Source: Burkholderiales bacterium
GTDB lineage: Bacteria; Pseudomonadota; Gammaproteobacteria; Burkholderiales; Usitatibacteraceae
DNA length: 30,170 nt
Direction of reading: 5' to 3'
Assembly (NCBI GenBank): GCA_043788115.1
Contig: JAYVUH010000165.1
Span: 1-30,170 of the forward strand
In this document: piece by piece, positions 17,267 through 25,208 of the stretch
How the letters are laid out: each line of letters opens with the position of its first letter
Position numbering within the stretch: position 1 is the stretch's first letter
Notes under the pieces: generated by a model
The model's input: only the letters and a program-made list of their open reading frames with translations
Database searches by the model: none
Told to the model about the DNA's origin: nothing
Position numbers and translations under genes: made by a program

Positions 17267-19261
17267 CTAAATCAGCGCCCGGACCGTCTGGACGACGTTC
17301 TCGGTGGTGATGCCAAAGTGTTTGTACAACACCCCCGCCGGGGCAGACTCGCCGAACGTGTCGATGCCGACCACACCGCCCTCGAGACCCACATACTTGC
17401 GCCAGTAGTTGGTGATGCCGGCTTCGATCGCCACGCGCGTCACGTCTTTGGGCAGCACGCTGTCACGATAGTCGGCAGCCTGACGGTCGAACTCATAGGC
17501 CGACGGCATCGAGACGACTCTGGCGTGAACGCCGTCCGACGCGAGTGTCTTTTGCGCTTCCATGGCGACGGCGACTTCAGTGCCGGTGGCAATGAGGATC
17601 ACCCGCAACGGACCGCGCTCCGGAGACAAGACATATCCACCACGTGCCACGTTGGCCAGTGTCGCTTCATCGCGTTTCTGGAAGGCGGAATTCTGACGCG
17701 AAAAAATCAAACACGTCGGGCCGTTGTGACGCGCCAATGCGTGGCACCACGCCGCCGCTGCTTCCACGGTATCGCAAGGGCGCCACAGATCCATGTTCGG
17801 GATCAGGCGTAGCGAGGCGACGTGTTCAACGGATTGGTGGGTCGGGCCGTCCTCACCCAAGCCGATCGAATCGTGGGTGAAGACCGAAATATTGCGAATC
17901 TTCATTAGGGCGGCCATGCGCAGCGCATTACGCGAGTAGTCGCTGAAGGTCAGGAACGTGCCGTGGTACGGAATAAAGCCACCGTGCAAGGTCATGCCGT
18001 TGGCGATGGCGGCCATGCCGAATTCACGCACGCCGAAGTTGATGTAATTGCCACCCGCCGTGGCGGAGAGCGCCTTGCTGCCGCTCCAGTTGGTGAAGAC
18101 CGAGCCGGTCAGATCTGCCGAACCGCCGATCATCTCTGGCAAGGTTTGCGCGAAGGCTTCAATGGCGAACTGCGAGGCTTTGCGCGTGGCAACGGTTTCC
18201 GCCTTCTCGACGGACTTCGCCAACAATGCCGCGGCGGTCGCGGCAAAACTTGCCGGCAACTCACCTGCCATGCGCCGTTTGAATTCAGCCGCCAGCGCGG
18301 GCTCGGCGTGCTCATACGCGGCGAAGGTCGCATTCCACTGTGCCTCGATCGCCATACCTTTGTGTTTGGCATCCCACGCGTCATAGATGTCTTGCGGAAT
18401 CTCGAACGGTGCGTGCTTCCAGCCGATTGCTTCGCGTGTGGCGGCGACTTCTTTTTCGCCCAACGCACTGCCGTGCACTTTGTCCGTGCCGGCCATGTTG
18501 GGCGAGCCCTTGCCGATCACCGTTTTGCAGCAGATCAACGTTGGCTTTTCTGATTGTTCCTTTGCTTCAGTGATAGCCGCATCGATTTGCGCCGGGTCGT
18601 GGCCATCGACGTTTGGAATGACGTTCCAGCCGTAGGCCGCAAAACGCATCGGCGTGTTGTCGCGAAACCAGCCTTCAACCTTGCCGTCGATGGAAATACC
18701 GTTGTCGTCGTAAAAGACGATCAGCTTGCCCAAGCCGAGCGTGCCGGCCAGCGAGCAAACCTCGTGAGAAATGCCTTCCATCATGCAGCCGTCGCCAGCG
18801 AACACGTAGGTGTAGTGATCGACCAGCTTGAGTCCGTCGCGGTTAAATGTGCGAGCCAGCTCTCGTTCGGCCAACGCCATCCCTACCGCATTCGCCAAGC
18901 CCTGACCGAGCGGACCGGTAGTGGTCTCCACGCCGGGGGTGATGCCGACTTCCGGGTGTCCCGGCGTTTTGGAATGCAGCTGACGGAAATCCTTGATGTC
19001 GTCCATCGACAGCGCGTAGCCGGTCAGATGCAGCAACGAGTACATCAACATTGAGCCGTGGCCGTTGGACAGCACGAAGCGATCACGATTTGCCCAGTGT
19101 GGATTGGTCGGGCTGTGCCGCAAATGATGTCGCCACAGCACCTCCGCAATCTCGGCCATGCCCATCGGCGCGCCAGGGTGTCCAGAGTTAGCTTTCTGGA
19201 CGGCGTCCATGGACAGGGCGCGGATGGCGTTGGTAATGTCGGTACGGGAGGCTTGGGTCAT
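17267..19261 (-). CDS. tkt: Transketolase
   Basis: [29 protein letters not shown], ThDP motif [22 protein letters not shown]. Confidence 0.97.
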   Translation of the reverse strand: MTQASRTDITNAIRALSMDAVQKANSGHPGAPMGMAEIAEVLWRHHLRHSPTNPHWANRDRFVLSNGHGSMLMYSLLHLTGYALSMDDIKDFRQLHSKTPGHPEVGITPGVETTTGPLGQGLANAVGMALAERELARTFNRDGLKLVDHYTYVFAGDGCMMEGISHEVCSLAGTLGLGKLIVFYDDNGISIDGKVEGWFRDNTPMRFAAYGWNVIPNVDGHDPAQIDAAITEAKEQSEKPTLICCKTVIGKGSPNMAGTDKVHGSALGEKEVAATREAIGWKHAPFEIPQDIYDAWDAKHKGMAIEAQWNATFAAYEHAEPALAAEFKRRMAGELPASFAATAAALLAKSVEKAETVATRKASQFAIEAFAQTLPEMIGGSADLTGSVFTNWSGSKALSATAGGNYINFGVREFGMAAIANGMTLHGGFIPYHGTFLTFSDYSRNALRMAALMKIRNISVFTHDSIGLGEDGPTHQSVEHVASLRLIPNMDLWRPCDTVEAAAAWCHALARHNGPTCLIFSRQNSAFQKRDEATLANVARGGYVLSPERGPLRVILIATGTEVAVAMEAQKTLASDGVHARVVSMPSAYEFDRQAADYRDSVLPKDVTRVAIEAGITNYWRKYVGLEGGVVGIDTFGESAPAGVLYKHFGITTENVVQTVRALI

Positions 19262-19340
19262 GATGGTCGGTGTGGGGCGAGGGGCTTGGATAATTTGCGG
19301 GTTGATGCTAGGGACGAGCGCGGGGCTCCAATAGCCAGCA

Positions 19341-19348
19341 ATTATAAT
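19341..19348. promoter_or_regulatory. Palindromic ATTATAAT giving a TATAAT -10 box on both strands between divergent tkt and speD
   Basis: TATAAT on + at 19343-19348 and on - at 19341-19346. No properly spaced -35 was found. Confidence 0.3.
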
Positions 19349-19464
19349 TTAGGGGCTGTGTCATCGACCCTGATATTTTTCAGGCCCAGATTCAGTAGCC
19401 GCTGCCCGCTTGCTCGTGATGTTGGCGTGCCACGTCGTTTCGTCACCATTACCGGAGTGTCACC

Positions 19465-19878
19465 ATGCGCGGACTACACATCTTTGCCGATTTCTATAAC
19501 TGCCCCAAGGGAAAATACATGGTGTCAGCCAAAGCGCTACGCCATCTGTGTATCCGTGCCTCGGAAGCCGCCGGGCTGACCGTGCTGGGCGATCATTTCT
19601 ATCAATTCAACGGTTTTGACGCCACTCAGCTCGGCGGCGCCACCGGCGCGCTGGTGCTGGCCGAATCGCACCTTGCTGTTCACACCTGGCCAGAGCGACT
19701 GGGCGCAACGTTGGATATCTATGTTTGTAACGTGACCGGCGACAATAGCGGCAAAGCCGAGGCGCTCTACGCCGAGCTGGTCAGCGCGATTCGACCGGTC
19801 GACATCATGGTTGAGCGCGTTTGGCGCGGCAAGGACCTGCCGGTAGCAGGCGCCGCCGCGAAGCTGGCTGCCGCTTGA
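19465..19878 (+). CDS. speD: S-adenosylmethionine decarboxylase proenzyme (pyruvoyl, short SpeD/SpeH class)
   Basis: GLHIFADFYNC; self-cleavage motif LAESHLAVHTWPE; LDIYVC; CCGGAG RBS; adjacent to speE. Confidence 0.92.
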   Translation: MRGLHIFADFYNCPKGKYMVSAKALRHLCIRASEAAGLTVLGDHFYQFNGFDATQLGGATGALVLAESHLAVHTWPERLGATLDIYVCNVTGDNSGKAEALYAELVSAIRPVDIMVERVWRGKDLPVAGAAAKLAAA

Positions 19879-19888
19879 ACGCTGGCTG

Positions 19889-20752
19889 ATGACGGTCACC
19901 CGACTAAACGAAGCACTCACAGACTCGTCCGGCGTCTATTTCGACGCTGGCTCGCTGGTCGCCGCGCAGCAATCGGCGTTTCAAAAGATCGAAATTTTCG
20001 ACTGTCCCGACTTGGGGCGGCTGATGCGCATCGACGGCAGCAACATGACCTCGGAGCGCGATGAGTACTTTTATCACGAGGCGCTCATCCACCCCGCAGC
20101 GATCGCGCATCAGCATCCGCAACGCGTGCTGATTATCGGTGGCGGCGATGGCGGCGCGGCTGAAGAACTACTCAAGCACCCGATTGAGACCTGCCGCCTG
20201 TGTGAACTCGACCAGGCAGTGGTGGATATGTCACGGGCGCATCTGGGCAACATCCATGGCGGCGCGTTTGACGATGCACGGCTCACGCTCGACATTGGCG
20301 ACGGCATGGCGTTTGTGCGTACCTCGTTTGGTGGCGCCGCGAGCGAGTCATTCGATCTGATTTACCTTGATCTGACCGACCCGATCGGCGCGGCCGAGCC
20401 GCTCTACGCGCCGAGCTTCTTTCAAGACTGCAAACGGATACTCAACAACGGCGGTGCGTTGGTGATGCACATCGGCTCGCCGTTCTCCCATCCGGCAAGA
20501 GTCACGCAATCGCTCAAGGATCTACGCACCAAGTTCGCGATCGTCACGCCGTACTTTGTGCATATTCCGATCTACGGTGCGGTGTGGGGTTTTGCCGTCG
20601 CGTCTGACCTGCTCGATATTCGTCAAGTCAACGTCGGTGCCATCGACGCCACGTTGGCGACGCGACGTATCGAACAGCGACGGCTCTACAACGGTGACTT
20701 TCACCACGCCATGTTGGCGCTGCCGGAATACGTCAAAACATTGGTCGTCTGA
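19889..20752 (+). CDS. speE: Polyamine aminopropyltransferase (spermidine synthase family)
   Basis: SAFQKIEIF, LMRIDG, YHEALIHP, VLIIGGGDGG, ELDQAVV, DLIYLDLTDP. Confidence 0.92.
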   Translation: MTVTRLNEALTDSSGVYFDAGSLVAAQQSAFQKIEIFDCPDLGRLMRIDGSNMTSERDEYFYHEALIHPAAIAHQHPQRVLIIGGGDGGAAEELLKHPIETCRLCELDQAVVDMSRAHLGNIHGGAFDDARLTLDIGDGMAFVRTSFGGAASESFDLIYLDLTDPIGAAEPLYAPSFFQDCKRILNNGGALVMHIGSPFSHPARVTQSLKDLRTKFAIVTPYFVHIPIYGAVWGFAVASDLLDIRQVNVGAIDATLATRRIEQRRLYNGDFHHAMLALPEYVKTLVV

Positions 20753-20769
20753 CGCGGTATATTGTCGGC

Positions 20770-21132
20770 ATGAAAAAGTCTGATGTAGACAAGTTCGGCA
20801 AGCGCAGATCGAGCACAGCGGTGACGCTGGTGGTGATCGGTGCCGCGGCGATGACCACGTTGGGCGGGTGTGCCAAAGAAGATGTTCGTCGCGACGTCTA
20901 CGCTAACAAGGAAGACTGCCTTGCCGATTGGGGTAACAACCCTACCGACTGCGAGCCTGCCTACGATCATCCCGCTTCTCGCGGTGCGGGAACGGCTTAC
21001 TATGGGCGTCCGTATATCCATAACAGCGGGGCAGGTAGCGCATCGCGATCAAGCAAGTCGATCGGGTCGAGCTCAAGTGTTTCCCGGGGCGGATTTGGCT
21101 CAAGCGGCCACTCGTCTTCTAGCGGCGGATGA
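20770..21132 (+). CDS. DUF1190-like (YgiB/YjfM-like) lipoprotein with Gly/Ser-rich tail
   Basis: Basic N-region, hydrophobic stretch and lipobox LGGC; RRDVYANKEDC..DW...C; tail SRGGFGSSGHSSSSGG; located upstream of a Gsp-like ligase as in ygiBC. Confidence 0.75.
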   Translation: MKKSDVDKFGKRRSSTAVTLVVIGAAAMTTLGGCAKEDVRRDVYANKEDCLADWGNNPTDCEPAYDHPASRGAGTAYYGRPYIHNSGAGSASRSSKSIGSSSSVSRGGFGSSGHSSSSGG

Positions 21133-21641
21133 TCGTGGTCGAGCCGCTGGCGGCGCTTGAGGCGGCAGATCAGCAACAATTGGGAGTGCTGTTGCTGGAT
21201 TCAATCCAGCAGGGGGCATCGGTGGGCTGGACCAATCCCGCGTCTCTTGACAACATACAAGCGTACTGGAAGACCATCGCACAGGATCTTTTACGGGGCA
21301 GCCGCTCAGTGTTGGTCGTTCGTGAGGGCGGCGCCATCGTTGCTTCGCTCCAACTCGAATATGCTAGCAAGCCTAACAGCGTGCATCGCGCCGAGGTACA
21401 AAAAGTGTTGGTGCATTCCTCGCAGCGCCGCCGCGGGCTGGGTCGACTGTTGATGCAGCGGGCGGAGGAAATTGCGCGCAGCAGGGGCCGCAGCTTGCTG
21501 GTACTCGATACCGAATCGGCCAGCGCGGGGCAGTGGCTTTACGAATCGATGGGCTATGTGGCCGCAGGCGAAATTCCCAAATTCGCCATTGGCACCAATG
21601 GTGGCTGGACACCGACAACCTACATGTACAAGTTGCTCTGA
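21129..21641 (+). CDS. GNAT family N-acetyltransferase (Ttr-like)
   Basis: RAEVQKVLVHSSQRRRGLGRLLM (acetyl-CoA motif A), LLVLDT, LYESMGY; ATGA overlap with the lipoprotein stop. Confidence 0.88.
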   Translation: MIVVEPLAALEAADQQQLGVLLLDSIQQGASVGWTNPASLDNIQAYWKTIAQDLLRGSRSVLVVREGGAIVASLQLEYASKPNSVHRAEVQKVLVHSSQRRRGLGRLLMQRAEEIARSRGRSLLVLDTESASAGQWLYESMGYVAAGEIPKFAIGTNGGWTPTTYMYKLL

Positions 21642-21645
21642 GCAG

Positions 21646-21841
21646 ATGCAACGTGAACTCTTGATCCCCCGACCCGACTGGCCTCGAAAAATGGAGGGCA
21701 GGACGCTTTTAGTGTCGGCCGACCTGCCGGTCTTAACTTGGCTGCGCCAAGTTAGCCTTCACTGAAAGCAAAGCCCGCGACCACTTCCCATGCAACGTGA
21801 ACTCTTGATTCCCCGACCCGACTGGCCTCGAAAAATGGAGG
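21646..21841 (+). repeat. 52-bp direct repeat of the ligase gene 5' end (21646-21697 and 21790-21841) flanking a 92-nt structured insert
   Basis: 51/52 identical; the single difference (C21666/T21810) is synonymous (Ile); period 144 nt, in frame. Confidence 0.95.
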
Positions 21842-22929
21842 AGGTGGGCTTTGCTTTTCATTCCATTGATGGCATCTACTGGGATGAGCGCGCCTGCTAT
21901 CAACTGACGACGGGAGAGGTGGATATGCTCGAGTCAGTCACCAACGAGCTGCACGAGATGTGTATCGACGCCGCGGCGCGGGTGATTGAGCGCGAGATGT
22001 TTGAACAATTCGCCATCCCGCCGGAATTTGTGCCGCTGGTGGTGGCGTCTTGGAATGACGACGCGCCGACGCTGTTTGGTCGGTTTGATCTTTCGTGGGA
22101 TGGCAAAAGTCCGCCAAAGATGCTCGAGTACAACGCTGATACCCCTACCTCGCTGATCGAAGCTAGCGTCGCGCAATGGTACTGGCTGAAAGACGTCAAA
22201 CCGGATGCCGACCAATTCAACAGCCTTCATGAAAAATTGATTGCGCGCTGGCGCGAGGTGTCTTCTGAAATTGGCGCAACCACCATTCACTTTGCATGTG
22301 ACGGCACCAGCGAAGAAGACGTTGGCAATCTTGACTATATGTGCGATGTCGCAACCCAGGCCGGCCTGTCACCGCGCTTCATCGATATCGCCCATATCGG
22401 CTGGGATGCCGTTGGCAAACGATTCGTTGACGAACAAAACAACGATATCGCCGCGATGTTCAAGCTCTATCCGTGGGAGTGGATGGTGCGCGAGGCGTTC
22501 GGCCGGAATGTTCTGAGCGCAAACACGTGTTTCATCGAGCCGGCATGGAAGATGCTGCTCTCCAACAAGGCGATCCTGCCGGTCCTCTGGGAAATGTTTC
22601 CCGACCATCCCAATTTGCTGCCCGCCTATTTCACGCCGCAGAAATTCGCCAGCGACTTCGTTAAGAAACCGCTGCTGTCACGCGAGGGTGCCAATATCAA
22701 CATCCATACCGGCAGCGGTGAAGTGGCAACCAGTGGCGAGTACGGAGAGGAAGGGTTTATCTACCAAGCCTACCATCCATTGCCGAATTTTTCGGCCAAT
22801 GGTGAGGCAAACTACATGGTCGTCGGTAGCTGGATCATTGGTGATGTCGCAGCGGGCATCGGCATTCGTGAAGATGAGTCACCGATCACCAAAAATACCA
22901 GCCGTTTCCTGCCACATTACTTTGTTTGA
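21790..22929 (+). CDS. Glutathionylspermidine synthase-like ATP-grasp ligase (YgiC/YjfC type, no amidase domain)
   Basis: GRFDL, MLEYNADTPTSLIE, KLYPWEWM, EPAWKMLLSNK, KKPLLSREGANI, GSW, GIRED; 379 aa. Confidence 0.92.
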   Translation: MQRELLIPRPDWPRKMEEVGFAFHSIDGIYWDERACYQLTTGEVDMLESVTNELHEMCIDAAARVIEREMFEQFAIPPEFVPLVVASWNDDAPTLFGRFDLSWDGKSPPKMLEYNADTPTSLIEASVAQWYWLKDVKPDADQFNSLHEKLIARWREVSSEIGATTIHFACDGTSEEDVGNLDYMCDVATQAGLSPRFIDIAHIGWDAVGKRFVDEQNNDIAAMFKLYPWEWMVREAFGRNVLSANTCFIEPAWKMLLSNKAILPVLWEMFPDHPNLLPAYFTPQKFASDFVKKPLLSREGANINIHTGSGEVATSGEYGEEGFIYQAYHPLPNFSANGEANYMVVGSWIIGDVAAGIGIREDESPITKNTSRFLPHYFV

Positions 22930-22940
22930 GAGAGGTTGTT

Positions 22941-23357
22941 ATGGCGCGCTATCAATTGATGGAATCCTTCGCCGGATTCGATGACTTTCTGGTTTACCTC
23001 GGCATCGCCGCGGCGCTGCTGGCGATATTCGTTGCGATCTATGTACGCATCACGCCGTACCGCGAAATCGCCCTGATCCGGGATGGCAATATGGCCGCCG
23101 CGTTCAGCTTGTCGGGTACCATCATCGGCATGGTGCTGCCGTTGGCGTCCGCCGTGAGTAGCAGCGTCAATCTGATCGATCTTGGCGTGTGGTGCACGAT
23201 CGCGTTGCTGGTCCAGCTGCTTGTGTTTGTGGTTGCGCGCATGGCGCTACCGACCATCGCGCACGACATCCCGGCGGGCAAACAGGCGGCGGGAATTTTT
23301 TTGGGCGCGATCTCGGTGGCGGCGGGGTTGTTGAATGCGGCGGCGATGACCTACTAG
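22941..23357 (+). CDS. DUF350 (YjfL-like) inner membrane protein
   Basis: Four hydrophobic segments; ITPYREIALIRDGNMAAA, SSVNLIDL, LLNAAAM; GAGAGG RBS before ATG 22941. Confidence 0.88.
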   Translation: MARYQLMESFAGFDDFLVYLGIAAALLAIFVAIYVRITPYREIALIRDGNMAAAFSLSGTIIGMVLPLASAVSSSVNLIDLGVWCTIALLVQLLVFVVARMALPTIAHDIPAGKQAAGIFLGAISVAAGLLNAAAMTY

Positions 23358-23359
23358 CG

Positions 23360-24202
23360 CTAGTAGTGCATTCGCACCCAGCGTTTCCACTCGTCAAATA
23401 GTGCCGGGTGGCGCGCGGCGATCACCGATTGTTCCCACATCGCCTCGGCGTCGTCGGTGCGCCAGTAGTCGTCGTGCGTAAGGGTAGCGATGCGCCCGCC
23501 TGCCTCCTCCAGGATCAAGGCCCCCGCCGCATAGTCCCACGGTCGCTCACCGGCGTGCAAAAAAACGTCGATGCGCCCAGCGGCCAGATGACACCATTGC
23601 AATACCGACGCACCGATCTGCGAAAACTTGCGGCACGGCGGATGCGCCCGTAGGGCAGATTGCAGCCTTCCCAGACGCTTGAAACGGCCGATTTCTAGAT
23701 GCGCTTCTGAAAGACTCAATGCGGGGTGCAGCTTCAATCGGTGTGCCGCTTCGGACTTATCGAAGGCAGGTTTTTCCACCACGAACGCGCCGCGGCCCTG
23801 AGAGGCGTAGAAGAGTTCGTCGCGATTCGGGTCGTAGATCATGCCGAACACACTGCGCCGCCGGTGCATGAGTGCCACGGAGATACCAAAGCTGCGTTTG
23901 CCGGCGGCGAAGTTGGCCGTGCCGTCGAGCGGGTCTACACACCACAGCCATTCGGCGTGCTTCCAAATAGCGATTTGCTGCGCTGGCGGCATTTCCTCGC
24001 CCAACACCGGGCAATCTACAAGTGACGGCAACGCCTTGGCCAGCGCGGCTTCGACGGCGCGGTCGGCGTCGGTTACCACGGTGCCGTCGTGCTTTTTCTC
24101 AGCCGCAACGCGTCGGAAGCGCGGCATCAGCTCTTGCGCCGACACATCGCACATCAAGCGAGCCAAAGGCGGAACCAGTTCCGAGTAGGAAAACTCCAGC
24201 AT
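23360..24202 (-). CDS. Inositol monophosphatase family protein
   Basis: VTDAD, LGEE, WCVDPLDGTANF, PWDYAAGALILEEAGG. Start uncertain (24202 or 24277). Confidence 0.88.
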   Translation of the reverse strand: MLEFSYSELVPPLARLMCDVSAQELMPRFRRVAAEKKHDGTVVTDADRAVEAALAKALPSLVDCPVLGEEMPPAQQIAIWKHAEWLWCVDPLDGTANFAAGKRSFGISVALMHRRRSVFGMIYDPNRDELFYASQGRGAFVVEKPAFDKSEAAHRLKLHPALSLSEAHLEIGRFKRLGRLQSALRAHPPCRKFSQIGASVLQWCHLAAGRIDVFLHAGERPWDYAAGALILEEAGGRIATLTHDDYWRTDDAEAMWEQSVIAARHPALFDEWKRWVRMHY

Positions 24203-24336
24203 CGGCGCGCGTGTCGAAGGCTTTTCGGTCGGCGAGGGCGTCACAAGGTGAGTTTGGTTTGAATCGACAGACAGCATGGAGGCGCTATGATACGCGCCAC
24301 GCCGTACTTCCAAGTTGACGCACTCCCCACAATTCC

Positions 24337-25089
24337 ATGCCCCCCCGTTTTTTTTCAGCCACCCCGTTGCCCCGCCACGCGTTGCCTGCGCGCTTCACCT
24401 TGTCGGAGGATGCCGCGCAGCATGTTCGCGTGCTGCGTCTGGCGGTGGGGGATGTGATCACACTGTTTGACGGTGGCGCGGATGAGGGCGAGGCGACAGC
24501 AGGCATTGTCTCGCTTGGAAAAAAGACGGTGGAGGTCGAGGTCTCTGCGTGGGTCGCACGCTCGGTCGAGTCTGCGCTACACATCACCCTCATGCAGGCG
24601 CTGGCGGTTGGCGACAAGATGGATCTGATCGTGCAAAAGGCGGTCGAGCTGGGTGCCGGGCAAATTGTGCCGCTGCGCTCAACGCGCTCAACGCTCAAGC
24701 TCGACGGCGAACGCGCGGAAAAACGTGTCGCACACTGGAACGGCGTGGCGGTGGCCGCTTGTGAGCAATGTGGCCGCAACCGCGTCCCGAACGTCACGCA
24801 AGTCTGCGGGCTCGAACAGGCCATGAGCATGTCCTCGCCCGCCAATCTGGCCGCGGCGCTCCTGCACCCAGAAGGCGGCGTTCCGCTCGCCCGCTGGGCG
24901 GCGGCCCACAAAGGCGCCCCACTTGCCATCCTCGTCGGTCCGGAAGGCGGCTTTACCGAGCAAGAGATAGCCCAAGCCGTGGCGTTGGGCGCCACATTGG
25001 TTACTTTCGGTCCGCGCGTATTGCGCACCGAGACCGCCGGTCTGGCCGCGCTCGCTGCGCTGCAAGCCACACTCGGCGACCTCGGCTGA
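24337..25089 (+). CDS. rsmE: 16S rRNA (uracil-1498-N3)-methyltransferase
   Basis: HVRVLRL, KMDLIVQKAVELG, AACEQCGRNRVP, VGPEGGFT, GPRVLRTETAG. Confidence 0.95.
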   Translation: MPPRFFSATPLPRHALPARFTLSEDAAQHVRVLRLAVGDVITLFDGGADEGEATAGIVSLGKKTVEVEVSAWVARSVESALHITLMQALAVGDKMDLIVQKAVELGAGQIVPLRSTRSTLKLDGERAEKRVAHWNGVAVAACEQCGRNRVPNVTQVCGLEQAMSMSSPANLAAALLHPEGGVPLARWAAAHKGAPLAILVGPEGGFTEQEIAQAVALGATLVTFGPRVLRTETAGLAALAALQATLGDLG

Positions 25090-25130
25090 TAGAATCTTGC
25101 TTGTTTCCGAATTCAGGTTTTGCCATGCGA

Positions 25131-25160
25131 GAAAGTCGTGTGGCTTTGCCACCGACTTTC
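25131..25160. other. Intergenic stem-loop between rsmE and argA
   Basis: GAAAGTCG-T-GTGGC-TTT-GCCAC-CGACTTTC: 13 bp with one bulge; no U-tract on either strand. Confidence 0.5.
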
Positions 25161-25208
25161 ACAAATTAGACGGGCAAAAGTAGGTTTGCACTTTTGCCCG
25201 ACGCACCT

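Noticed and set aside
17318-19054. Long plus-strand ORFs opposite tkt, and similar ones opposite rnb, mpl, gshA, phoU and the reductase
   Set aside because: These are antisense shadows expected from GC-rich codon bias and show no protein motifs.
19262-19464. Riboswitch in the speD leader
   Set aside because: I could not match SAM, SAH or guanidine riboswitch consensus elements by eye; an Rfam/Infernal scan would settle it.
21763-21765. Selenocysteine readthrough of the in-frame TGA in the insert
   Set aside because: No convincing SECIS-like hairpin follows, and readthrough would only add a duplicated N-terminus with no redox motif.
6149-22940. Identical GAGAGGTTGTT before gshA and DUF350
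   Set aside because: Most simply a shared ribosome-binding site plus spacer; too short to imply co-regulation.
23351-23366. Perfect 16-bp palindrome CTACTAGCGCTAGTAG
   Set aside because: Explained by two convergent genes both ending TAC-TAG 2 nt apart; no independent evidence of function.
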